From Sarea resinae (Eukaryota): DNA of 64,000 bases. The notes under the pieces are model-generated. The model saw only the letters and a program-made list of their open reading frames with translations, ran no database searches and had not been told where the DNA came from. The position numbers and the translations under genes were made by a program. Below are positions 13,048-24,799 of the stretch, piece by piece. The stretch's first letter is position 1, and each line of letters starts with the position of its first letter. The DNA lies in the NCBI GenBank assembly GCA_026026165.1, contig JAPEUD010000003.1:62001-126000 (forward strand), read 5' to 3'.

Positions 13048-14700
13048 CTGGTGACTGATTGTTCAATATCCAGCGTTAAAAAGACGCTCTCTCTTCCGAA
13101 TCGCAACTTCTGGATCGCGTCGTCTGTCTATGTATGAAGCCAGTGCTCCCATTCTTTCGTCGTCTGATTTTTCGGCCGATCTAAGCAGCTTTGCGCATGT
13201 CTTGCTACCTAGTCTTACGGCCAAAAGGGGCAGCTATCACTAGCTCCTGTTCGCCGACTCCTAGAACCAGGTGCATTTTGAGCAGAAAACATAGAACGTT
13301 TATAGCTTATTCCGAGTGGAGATTTGGCGGTGCATAATCGATCTCCGCGCCTAGCAAAGATGGCTGCCTAGAACTAGCATGTTAGTGTCTCACTTATATA
13401 AGTTATATTTCCTACCCACTCCATATCTCTCAACCATGGCCCTTGGGTCCCCTTCGAAATGCCGTTCGTGATCACTGCTAAGCTTGACGTCGCCCTCCTT
13501 CCGCAGCTCATAGTCGCTGGCCTTCCAGTCTCATGCCCATTGCCGGCTTCTAATGCATCCGCGCGAATCTCGGACTTCACACGTCCCGCATCCTCGCCGC
13601 AATGACATATAAAAGGGGATAAGTGCGGTTTTTCGGGCCTCCAAAATGGGCCCCACCAATGCCGAAAACGAGAGATGGAGCTCGCTTTCATTTTCGGCGT
13701 TTGATAATATTCATGGTTGATTGGCGCCCACTAGAAATTGGCTGGGCTGGGCGTCAAAGTGCCAGTCCTATTTCGCTCGGCGTGTGCGCCGATATCCCAG
13801 CATATTGTAATTTGAGAGCAACGGCCATCGCTGAACGGGGAACGCGATATGTCTTCGCTGCCTACAGCGAAAACATCGGATGTCGGCTGCCAGAGCAGTT
13901 GGTGGCAGTCGACGACGCTTCCAAGGTTGATTGATTGCTTCCTTGCTGATTCATTCGTCCATGGCTTGATTTCCCGAGATGTCTAGCAGAGTAGGTAGGC
14001 GATAAAGGGGCGCTTTTGCTGGTCCAAACACTGACGAGTGTACCAAGGCTTGGAGCCAGTCCGTCGCGATGCCACCACGCATGCGTTTTCGAGCTGCTAC
14101 CCATTTCAGGACTAATCTGTGATGAGAAGGAGTCGAGTCTGCCGGCATGTACGCATGAATTATTGAATTTTTTCTTTCTTCGTTGTTGGGTGCAGAGAGG
14201 AGGCGTGTTTCCCGGCTGTTAGTGGGTTCTGTATAGTATACGTGGCGCGCCGCCTTTACAGCAGCGTCTGCACGAACATCCATCTGGGATAATGTACTGT
14301 ATTTACAGATCTAGCCGTACCACTGGGCTGGACAGGGTTGATGCCGATTGGAGTCAAATGTTGGCCTCGAAGGTGTGTACAGAAGGCCCTGCGGAGCTTG
14401 GAGGCTTGACGGGCTGTCTTGTCTTGCTTGTCCTGCCCTGTTAGAGTAGAGTAGATAATAAGCAGCAGGTAGGCAGGTAATAAAGATAGAGGGAGCATGT
14501 ATGAACAAAGTAAACCAGATTAAGTGCTTATGAATTATATATAGATCGATATCAAAGGAGGCGCTACAACCAGCCAGAACAACACCTATGCTTGCTTACC
14601 TACCTACCGAACCAAAACGAACAGCAAATCTAGTACTACTTCAATCCTCCCATCCCGTCCCTATACACCACATTTACCCATTGACTTGTCACATAATAGC

Positions 14701-17597
14701 TCACGCTCCGTCATCTTCCAGGCCCCCCCACTCCCTCTTTAACTGCCCAACCCGATACCCCACAGCCCAACCCGTGTCCCTCTCTACCTCCTCCAATAAC
14801 GCCACGACGCCCTGACGTTCCCTCTCTCTCTCGTCGCCCGAAGGACCACAGAAACACTGTCCAGCTACGAAGAGGGGCTGCAAGCCGTGGATCCGGACGC
14901 TGTCTGTAGAGCGCGAGGAGGCGATACCGCATATTGCGTAGCTATGTTTTTGGATGCTAGAGCTAATGGAGCGGTAAGAGTGGAGGCGTGTACTTATAGT
15001 GTTGGTGGTTGTGATTTGGGAACGTGGCAGTGGCATCGGACCCGGGGTCGAGGAAGAGGCGTTGTGCGCTGCCGGTGGGGATGTAATGCTGTTACTAGGG
15101 GTTTGGGACCCTTGCGGACCACCTGGTGGAGGTATAGGCGTGTGACCGAGGGTAGCTGACAGGGGTGAAGAGCGCGATTGTGGGAGAGCCGTCGAGATTT
15201 GCGGTTTGTTTATCAGCAGAAGAATCCGCGCCATGTGGTAGGATTGCATGGTGGAGGCGCACATGGGGAGCGAGTACCAAATCTCGGGGAAGATGGACCA
15301 CGGTGGTGAGGAGGAAGCAGAGGATGCGGAGGATGTGGCAGTCGTGGCGGCGGGCGGGAGCTGGTAGGTCTGGTTAGGATATTGGCAGGAGATGGAAGAG
15401 GAGGCCGAGGGCGAAGCCATTGATGCTGCAGTATTCGTGGTTATGTCCGCTTGAGAGAAGTGATGGTGGCTACTACGTTGGAAGTGGGATGATGATGATG
15501 ATGATGATGATGAAAAGAACGCGGACGTAGATGAGGGCTCGAGCCGCGCACACGGCTTAAATGTACTGGGCAGACGCGCATGCCACACCTCCAGCTCGCG
15601 CGCCAACTCATGCCAGCGTTGAAGAAGCGTTTCCTGATTGACGCCCATGTAACTCGGCGGTTTCTCGGACGGACCGTAGATGGCGTCGCCAGCAGCCGTG
15701 AAATTGACAATCTTGGAGAGCAGCCAGACCAGGGCGTTGGAGATCATGTCTTCGTGCATCATGGTCGCGTCGTCGTCATCGTTATCCCCGTGGCCGTCGC
15801 TGTAGTCGTCAGGGTACACGCTATTGGTGGTGCTGCTGGGTTGGACGAAACCCTCGTCATCGAGTAATAGACCCGCGTCTTTCCAGATAACTAGATCTTC
15901 CGTGTCGAGACGCGTGGAGCCTTGATTGATAAATGCGGCCAGAAAATCCTGGCGAGCAAAGTTCCAGAACGTGGCACGGCGCGCTTTAGAAGGGTGGAGA
16001 CGTTGGCGCTGCGAGATAAGGCCGTTGGAATACACGGGCATCATGCCTACTTCGGCTATATCCAAAAGTGATTTGGTGCCATTTAGATGGCGCGACCAGG
16101 CGGCCCCCGATGCATCGAGAAATTCATACACGCAGAGGATAGCGGTGGCGGCGAGCAGCTCGTCGGATCGTGTCCGCGATAATTGACCGTCGCCCACTCT
16201 TCTTCTTTTACGGCGGTCATCTTCGCCGTTCTCGCTAACCTCAACCGTCTGCCATTGCACTCCTGCGTCCTGATTGCTCAGCGACACGTCGCCTCGATCC
16301 TCTTTGAGAGCCTCCATCAGAAGAGAGATAGCTTTATCATAATACTTCGCTCCCTTGTAATACCAGTCCACCTTGTCGCAGTCCGGATATAGCTCCATAT
16401 TAGCTTGTCTTGAAGAGCTCCCGCCCAAAATTGTCTTCCTCCCCTTTATCCGACCCAGATGCTTAGCCGCGTATGCGATTGCCGCGTATTTGAGCAGAGG
16501 GTTCTTGAGAGCCTTTACCGGTACATACGATGAAAAAAAAGTGCCTCGATCGAATAGATCCATCCACTGGCCGGGCGTCTCGGAGAAATGCCGAAGAAGA
16601 AAGGCAATTTCATGATCGCCTTCAGCTCTAGCTGCATGTAGATCCCTTGGTCCGGATTTGGGTCTGTCGGAGGAAGATTGGCTCCTTGGCTCGAACGAAG
16701 ACCGTAGATTCGGGTCAATGGAAGGAGACGCCGTGGACGAGGGATTCAGTATAAAATTCAAATTGCTATTACTAGATGATGATAACGAATTTGGAGGGGA
16801 CGCAACAGTACGTGGCAGGTTAGGTGGGATCGACGCCGGCTTCCGAAAAGAGGTTTGCTCTTCAGCCGGACTATATGACATTCTATGCGAATGATCTGGC
16901 TCGCGGGCAGGATTCGGCGGGAGGAAATTTAAACGGTCTCCGGAAGCTGCCGCAGATAGAGCCTCTAATCCATGGACTTGAGATACCGGGGTTGACTGCT
17001 GAAAAGTATCGCTCATGCTCCAAGCGTCTGGGGAAAAGGCATCCGCGAATTGCTCTGGTTGTCTCGGCGTGGACGCGATATCTCTGAGCTCAGGCGACGA
17101 CGGGTAGGCATAAGGGTCATTATTATTGATGAAAGTTACTGCTAAAGATCAGCGCCTGCTGAGCAAAGGTAGAAAGGCCATCAGGATGACATTGCGGGGT
17201 ATGACCTTGCTTTGGGACATCCAGCCACACACTGCTGTCGTCGAACGTATTCTTATAGGCGTAGAAGCCCCTTAGATTATCCGGCTCCGGCACTCTGCTG
17301 TCGGCCCCATTCATCGAAGCATTCTGCTGATGTCGGAAGGTAATGCCCGAGCTCGGGACACACTCGCGCTTTGCCTTGAGGCATTGACCGCATGATGGCT
17401 TCGGGCTGCTTCCAGCCTCAGCGTCACTGAAAGCGCAAACCGCTCCCCGCAAGTGCGCCTCGTCACATTTCAGCTTCCTCTGACGACAGGTGTTACTGTC
17501 ACGTCAGGAACCAAGTCAGCGAAAGCCTAGTAGCCAGATGATGAACCCCAAGTAAGGGAAGCTCCTTGAAGTCTTACCAGCCAGTACGAGACCGCAT
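14701..17597 (-). CDS. Zn2Cys6 transcription factor with fungal-specific (fungal_trans_2-like) C-terminal domain; multi-exon
   Basis: MRSRTGC|NTCRQRKLKCDE...KPSCGQCLKAKREC assembled across intron 17496-17577; a further intron lies at about 17138-17206. The large exon carries FLLRHFSETPGQWMDLFD, AATAILCVYEFLD and QPLFVAGQC motifs. Confidence 0.9.
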
Positions 17598-18443
17598 GTC
17601 ATCGATATAGAGCCTGTTGACTGCAGTCAATGGGAAAGAGACGTTGGCGATCTCTCCCTCTCCCTCTCACACAATGGTTTCATCCGATAGCAATGGCAGA
17701 GTCGGTTTCAGAGTCCACCATCATTAGATCTGCATGGATCTGCATGGATCTACATGGACCGGCGCGGACTTTTAAAGCTTCAAGCCTTCAAGACGTCAAG
17801 GACTCGAGACATCAAGCATTAAGGCATCAAGACATCAACATGAAGACATCAAGACATCACGACGCCTGATCAAGTACATCCATCCATCGTCCTTTTGTCC
17901 TTCACGACGTGTATCAAACGTGAGTATGCCCGTATATCTTGAGGCGTGGCCAAGTATCTTCGTGCGGACACGACGTACGCGACAGAGTATACAAAGTCAC
18001 GGGAATGCGACACTTTCGGTATGGTCCTGTGGAACGCGACGACCGACGGCCGAGAATCGCGACCCCCGACGGCCGACGGCCGAACCCCAGATGGGCCCCC
18101 GCCATTTAGGGTCATCTCGCCGTCAGACTTATCATCACATACTATAGTAGATCGCAAACCTGCATGTACCGACAGATCGTCGTTGAATACAGAACTGAAT
18201 TGAATCATGCGCCATCTGATTTGCTGCATACCTAGGTATACATCCGATTGCGCCCAGAAACATCAAATCTCAAGCGCTTGGGTATCGAAGACGCAACCAA
18301 ACGCAAAAGCAGAACAAAGACGCGAGAAGCAGAGAAGCACAGAAGTAGAGAAGTAGAGCAGCAGAGGAGCAGAGCAGCAAAGAAGCAGAGAAGGAGAGTG
18401 GCAAAGCATCGAATACAATCAGCCTCCGCTGGCATACCTATGA

Positions 18444-20290
18444 TCAAATCTCTGACCAAACTCCTCTTTTCTTCTTATGCGGTGCCGCACCCCCAATTTC
18501 ATCCGCTATGCCCCGTAAGCCGTCTTCGATCCACCTTCTCTCCGAAGCCATGATTTCCCTTTCAATATCCTGCATAACTCCAATTTCATTGCGTAGATTT
18601 TCTGCCATTATTCTGCAAGCCGTTAGAATGGCAGCAAGACTCGAGCCATCCGCGGCCTCGCCCAAACCCTCGAGATCGCGCACAAAGGATATTAGTTTGC
18701 GCTCTAGGACGAGACTTTCAGTATGCCAGCCAGACCCTAGACCCTCGAGGAAGTCGGCATTATGACTACCACCTTCTCTACCTCCCCATACGTCTTGAAC
18801 GCGCGTAACCCACTGCGCGAAATCTTTCTCATACTTGGTGAATCTCCCTCCAGGCTGATCTGTTAGGTGAGAAATCTCCGTCACTATCTGGCCTAGAAGT
18901 TGCGCCTTTTCGGGCAGTCCGAGGCCGAAGCTCAAACTGGTCACTCCACTGTGAGCAGGAGATGCCCAGTCGCTGAGCGCTACAAGATTCGCTTTCTTAA
19001 TCTGATCCTGCTCCGCTTCTCTCAAGTTCCTATAATCAGATGCTGTCCTGGTGAAGAGCTCCCTCAACCGCCCTCTGGCGCTACTCTCCCATTGATCATG
19101 GGTTTTCGCTGCGGATTGGTGAAGGAGATGTAACTGCAAAAGTTCCGTCTGAATTTGGTAGGTCTCAGGTGATAAGGGAGTAGCTGCTGCGGTCGAAGAT
19201 GGAAGGGAGTTGGTGGTTATGGTTTTCGATGCTGGCTTTTTAGGCGAGTAGTGCTGCTGAAGGGTAGAGAAAGCCGCACGAGATAGCCTGGATGACTGAC
19301 GGGTAGCGTTGGAGACTTTAGGCGACGGTTCACCATGACTAGGTGCCTGGACTTTCTTGGAGAGAGACGGATTTGGCTGGCTGATTGTTCGCATATGTCG
19401 GCCTGTTGTGCTGGCTGCCCTCTGGGGCTTAGATGTACCGGGTAAAGCCTCCCTAGCCTTGACCTGCTTTTTTCCCTGTGAGAAGCTCGTACCAGAGCTA
19501 CTTATCGAAGCCGAAGAGGGAGGTCTAGAAATCTCGTCCGAGTCTGCAGTCTCCTTGAACTGATTCGATCCAATCCTTGACGAATTTGTCGTGCTAGCGG
19601 TTGACTTCACACGCTTATGGGTCCGAGGATCTGTCGGCCGAGGGTGGACAGAGACGGCGGGCTTACGCAGAGCATTTGCTCGGCCGACCGCTGAAGGGGG
19701 TCCCATGGAGACCTTTCTTGCTGAGGGTCTTTGCTCTTCACTCTTCTCGTCGTGATCAGCACCAGCTTCATGTGTACCAGCAGTGTCGGCTTGCGGCTCG
19801 TCTTCTCCGCCAGCTGAAGCGTCCTCTCGTCCTTCCTTCGCCTCGGGCGCGTCTACCGGGGAGTTCCGCCCAGCTTCAGCAAGTCGGAGCTGGTCATCAG
19901 GCCCAGGTGACTTGTCCCGAGACTCACTCAAGCCTAAAGCACGAGGCTCCTCCCGCGGAGCTGAAACGAATTCACTCTTCCGAAGCGTAGTCCTGCGCGG
20001 CAGTAAGCTTGTCCTCCTGTCCTCCTGATCGGCCGGAGAGCGCTTAGATTGCTTTGGACCCGGCAGACGAGTGGGTGATCGGGAGCCCTTGTCATCGTTC
20101 GTTATATTGAGAGTCGTTTGTTGAACAGGTGGAGCGGTCGGTTTCTGTTCCCTGGGTCAGCACGATAGATGGCAGTACAATGAGAAGACGAGGCCCAAGC
20201 ACCAACCTCGGACACAGTTCGAAGTTTTCCGAATCTACTCGAGCCAATCTGCGGTTGACGGAGGGATCGTGTGCGAGTAGGCAACGACAT
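18444..20290 (-). CDS. Hypothetical protein (~594 aa): basic/Ser-rich disordered N-terminus plus helical coiled-coil C-terminus; candidate HAUS8/QWRF-like augmin subunit
   Basis: Exon 1 (20290-20207, MSLPTRTRSLRQP...) joins a 567-codon exon in frame through GT-AG intron 20145-20206, which has a CTGAC branch site. Confidence 0.8.
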
Positions 20291-20429
20291 TGTGGTGGTA
20301 TATTGACAAAAATTCCAATTGCATTTCTGGCTTGTGATTAGGGCATTCCATTGTTGACATTGACGGCACCCCGTTCGGGAGTCGGGTGAGTGCCGCCTTA
20401 CCGTCGTGCGACCGTTGACGCGGGTGACC

Positions 20430-21050
20430 TACACTATCTTAACACCGAGTATTCCTCTAATAGCAATTACAATCCTAACTTAAGGCATATGAACTCTAGA
20501 AAGCAAGCAGATTAAGTAAATTAGGGTCTAGTGCCTAGATTTTTCAAAAGCTGTACAAAGCCTATAGAATAGGTTTAATTTAGGGATTTTTTAAACAACT
20601 ATGAGTAGTATGCTAAGAACACTGCTAGAGAAGATCTACAATGTAGAAATAGTCATTTTACTCTATTTTAATTATGTTAGAGGAGGGTCACATTTTCCAG
20701 AGGATATATATCTACAAAGCCCAACTATAACACTTTCTCTTCTTACATCCACTCAGGGCGTTGAAGGGGGGAATAAAACTAAGGATTCCTTATAGACACT
20801 ACACACCTTTAGTAATTTCTAGAGCTAAAACCCGTCCGTCACAGAATAGCATTCTGATTACAGGGTCGAGCCTTTTCTCTGTCGCATATTTCTATACATT
20901 TACAATGCGACTGTTCTTATAAACAAACCCTGAGCTCACTAAAGCTTATACCGGCTTTTAGTTCTAAGCATGTAATCTTAAAGGCTGGGCTATTACTTCA
21001 CAAGTACCCGAAATGCTCAACCAGATCACACTGAAGCAGCCTTAATTGGT
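20430..21050. other. AT-rich, TpA-rich degenerate segment (probable RIP-mutated repeat/transposon relic)
   Basis: Abrupt shift to TA/TAG/TAA-rich, CpG-poor sequence with no credible ORF. Judged by eye; no transposase motif recognised. Confidence 0.5.
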
Positions 21051-21105
21051 TCGTCACATGCTCTTTTTGTGAAAGATTGGCCCGGATCCAGTACCAGGCC
21101 AATCG

Positions 21106-23196
21106 CTAAAGAGCTCTGACTGCCGTGTTTGTGACGGCTGTAGCGTCGATTTTGTAAAAGGATCTTTGCAAGTTCTCCTGAGCGGCTTGGACAGCCTTAG
21201 AACTTTGAGGGAGTTGTCCAAGAGCCTTGGTCAAAGTCGACCACAGATGGGAGTAGGCTCCGTGCTTGATCTTGCATTGACGGTATTCACGGCTAATGAC
21301 CTCGTTCAGCAGCAGCACGGAATCAACTACATGGTTAGGATACGGATCAATGGCGACAAATGACAGTGTGATCGGCTCTCCAGGCAAATCGCTAGTGGCG
21401 TCCAACCTCGAGGCGGGGTTTGAGTCCTCTCCAGGTCCGTAAAGCGTGTATGTGCTCTCTATGCCGAATTTAAGGACGTTGAAAGACTCATGCTCAGCGT
21501 CTTGTCTCGCCTCAGTTAATTGTGACAGAAGATCAGAGCGATTAGCGGCCTCGATTGCATTGACCAGGACCAAAATACCCAGATAGTATTGCAGATTGAA
21601 CTCATACCAACTCAGCCGGCTCAATTGGTCCATGAATTGAAGCCGTCTCTCGCAGATGTTGAGAAGAGGGCGAATTGAAGTTCTGAAAATATCAATCGAG
21701 TCAAGAAGTGCTTTCCATACGAAAAGAACACTTTCCTCATCGACTCCTTCTCTGAGTGCTTCCTTTAATGACGTGATATTTTTCCAGACATAGAGCTTGC
21801 AGACTGCCGCTGCAGTGGTAATCTTAGAAGTCACTTCATCAGATACTTCTAACCCATTTGTGCGCCAGTACTCTGTTTCGGGCTGTAATGATCCTGCGAG
21901 AAATGTCCTGGCTAAACGCCATGCAGGCTCTGAGCATCCTCCGTTCAGTCCGGAGGTCAAAGAGGTCCTAAGATTCAAGGTTAAAGAGCTTGACGTATCC
22001 CACATCACCGCCGCCCAATAAGCTCTGCTTTCAAGATCCAGATATGCCTGTGTAAGACTGGCTCTGCGCCTTGTTCCAGCGTCTGTCCAAGTTCCAGCCT
22101 CTGATGCGTCAAACTGACAGCTTCTTTGCCCCTCTCGGAGTCTTTGAATTTGCAACAGAGCAGTTTGAAGACACAGCAATCCGTTAATGCCATCCAACTC
22201 TTCATCCTCAGAGACCCCCACAGGAATGGGAGTCTGGGCGAAAAGGTACAATGTTAGGGCAGACCGATAAGATACGCGGTTGATGACTTTCAGCATGTCC
22301 CCCCTGGCGGTGCGCCAGCTGTCTCTGATGATTTCTTCGATCTGGCTTGTCGCAAGATGGCTTTGTTGCAATACTAACGGAAGCCATGGGGCTGCAAAGG
22401 ACCGAATCGCCCGACTCAAAGTCTGTTCGATCTGGTAATCCCTGTCTTGCCTTCGTTCCCAGACCTCGGATGCATAGCCTGAATTTTGGCGGTCCAGATC
22501 GCGGTCTCTCTCAGCGTCAAGCTTCCTGAAGAGCTTCGTCGCAGGAATGCAAACGTCGCTAAATGAATCATTTCTGTTGTTGTCAGGGGCTGCTGCCTGC
22601 TTTTGAACGACTACCCATCAAACGTACACTAACGGGCAGCCGTTCCTGCCAACCAGGAGACCAAAGATTGTCTCAAACCCGCGATGGAAGATTTGGTCGG
22701 ACCACCGCGTTAGCAGAACGTCCGCAGACTCGGCTTGCGAGCTGAGTGGCTCAGTCGAAGTTGGCTCTGGTACAAAGGTGTTTGACTCGTCCAAAGGTTC
22801 GCTTCCGTCGAAGGAGACGGCCTGATCATGCAATTCGCAGGAAATAGAAGAACCTGGCTCAGTCGTGGGCGAGTGAGATGTCGTGCCTTGACGTGGGTTC
22901 GAAGGCCTCTCTTTCAGATTGCTGATCCACTGAATATAGTGAGTCGAGTCGTGCTATCGATAGTTGCTAGCTGTGCGAAATGCGTTGCATCCCCGTAGGT
23001 CAAAGATGGATACAGCGTCGTCCCTTACCTCAAATGTACACGGTCGTTTTCTGAGAAGACATCTTGAACATGAACCAGTCCATCTCACTTTGCCTGGGTG
23101 ATGACCATGTTTTGAGGCGTCGCAGGCAACGCGTGAGCGACGGCAACTATCGCAGCTGGAAAATTGTGTCCTGCGTTGAGCCGAGTTGTTTGGCAT
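21106..23196 (-). CDS. Zn2Cys6 transcription factor, AlcR-like; 3 exons
   Basis: RRTQFSSCDSCRRSRVACDA-(long loop)-CSRC...CTFE|W, matching the AlcR-type extended C3-C4 loop and CTFxW. Introns 22930-23028 and 22559-22627 keep frame with the 437-aa terminal ORF. Confidence 0.88.
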
Positions 23197-23658
23197 CGTC
23201 GTTTTTGAAGGCGTCGATTAATGATTTTGACATCTCGATAAGCATATTAGATCAAAGGCCGAAGAGCGCTGAAAGGAATCCGATCCCCGCGCTCAAGGTT
23301 CGCCAGCGCCCCTCCAGGGCTGGTCCAAGCGTGGCTTGGTAATCAGGCTTAGCAAATCCAGCCCGAGGACAGGCGTGACTTGACGCGCCTGGAGAAAGGG
23401 ATCAAGTCCTTGCCTTTGTCTCTTCTTGATTTAACCTACTACGTCGGAATTGGATCTGCGGAGGAAAAGCTTCAATTGTTCACGTTTTTGGTAGGGACGT
23501 ACGAGATAAGGACGACTGCCGCCCGGAGAATGCGCCAGCAGAATTCTGAGGATATGATGATCTATGAACCACGCAAAGCGTGAAAACGCACAGTTGATGG
23601 GCTTCATATTCCATTCTCTCGTCCAACGCTCTTCTCTCCCTTCAAAATGTTAGGCGCC

Positions 23659-24567
23659 TCACAAAAGCCTCTCAACTAATGCCCTGAGCTCAGCTTCACT
23701 CAGCTCCTTCACCCCTAATAACTCATTATCCAAGTGCCTCGAGAAATCACAACCATAGTCGGTATCCAAGCATCCACAGATAGAGAACCCCAGCATTGCG
23801 GCATCAATATCTCCCTCGGGACCTTTGGCTAGTTCCGCCAAACTTTCCTGCCTGACCTCCTCCGTATCCTTCACGACGGTGTCCCACTCTCTCCCATCTT
23901 TGTCCTTGGCGTACTGGATCAGTCTATTCTGGGTGACCAGCGCGGAGTGAATGTAAACAATGCGATTTGCAGTCTCAGCCTGGTGCTCAATGATACCCAC
24001 AACGGCCTTCGCGATGTCGGCCTGAATCGTGGCACTAAAAGGCACATCACCGCCATTATATAGAGTCGCGGTATGCTGGGCTAGATTCAGAATGATGCCC
24101 TCCTTGAGACACCAGTCTAGAAACAGTCCGTTGGCGATCGAAGTATAGGTAAATCCCGGGTTGGCATTAGACTTCTCCAGGAGGTATCTCTGCGTTGCGA
24201 CTTTAGGCACACAAACGGGCAACTGCACGCATAGAGGATTTCGAGAGTCCATGCCAAACTCCGCTGGGATGAATCGTTTCACCCCTGCGTGAACGGCGGC
24301 GTCAATTAAGGGATCCTGCTTGCCTATCGCTAATGTGGCGAGGCAAGAGATGACGACTTGGGCCCCCAGTAACGAGGGCGTCATGGATCGGACGGAGTTA
24401 AAGTCGACTTCTCTGATGGTGAGGTTTGGATGCGGTCTCAACCTGGATGAATGCCCGCCTATGCGTGAGAGGGCTGTGACACCGAAGCCTGCGCCGAGGA
24501 GAGCTTCGAGGATAGGGATGCCGAGGTTGCCAGTGGCGCCGGCAAGTGCGACTTGAATCAAAGGCAT
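23659..24567 (-). CDS. NmrA-like / isoflavone-reductase-family NAD(P)-binding oxidoreductase (CipA-like)
   Basis: 302 aa, intronless; VALAGATGNLG Rossmann motif, GVKRFIPAEFG, GLFLDW. Confidence 0.93.
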   Translation of the reverse strand: MPLIQVALAGATGNLGIPILEALLGAGFGVTALSRIGGHSSRLRPHPNLTIREVDFNSVRSMTPSLLGAQVVISCLATLAIGKQDPLIDAAVHAGVKRFIPAEFGMDSRNPLCVQLPVCVPKVATQRYLLEKSNANPGFTYTSIANGLFLDWCLKEGIILNLAQHTATLYNGGDVPFSATIQADIAKAVVGIIEHQAETANRIVYIHSALVTQNRLIQYAKDKDGREWDTVVKDTEEVRQESLAELAKGPEGDIDAAMLGFSICGCLDTDYGCDFSRHLDNELLGVKELSEAELRALVERLL

Positions 24568-24799
24568 CTTGGTTTGACAATTGACCGTACTTAGGTCTCT
24601 CGCTGGAGGGGGAAAGGTGTTCGATGGCTAGAACGTGTTCCTCGATATAACAATACGATGCTGATGCTCCGAAGTTGTAATAGTTGTGGAGTAAAGTGTC
24701 AATTTCGAGGGGGTAGCAGGAGAAATCTTTCATCGCCATGTAGAAAGAAAGGGAGAGGGATCAGGAAGAATAAATACATTTCCAGCGTTCTATCTAATC

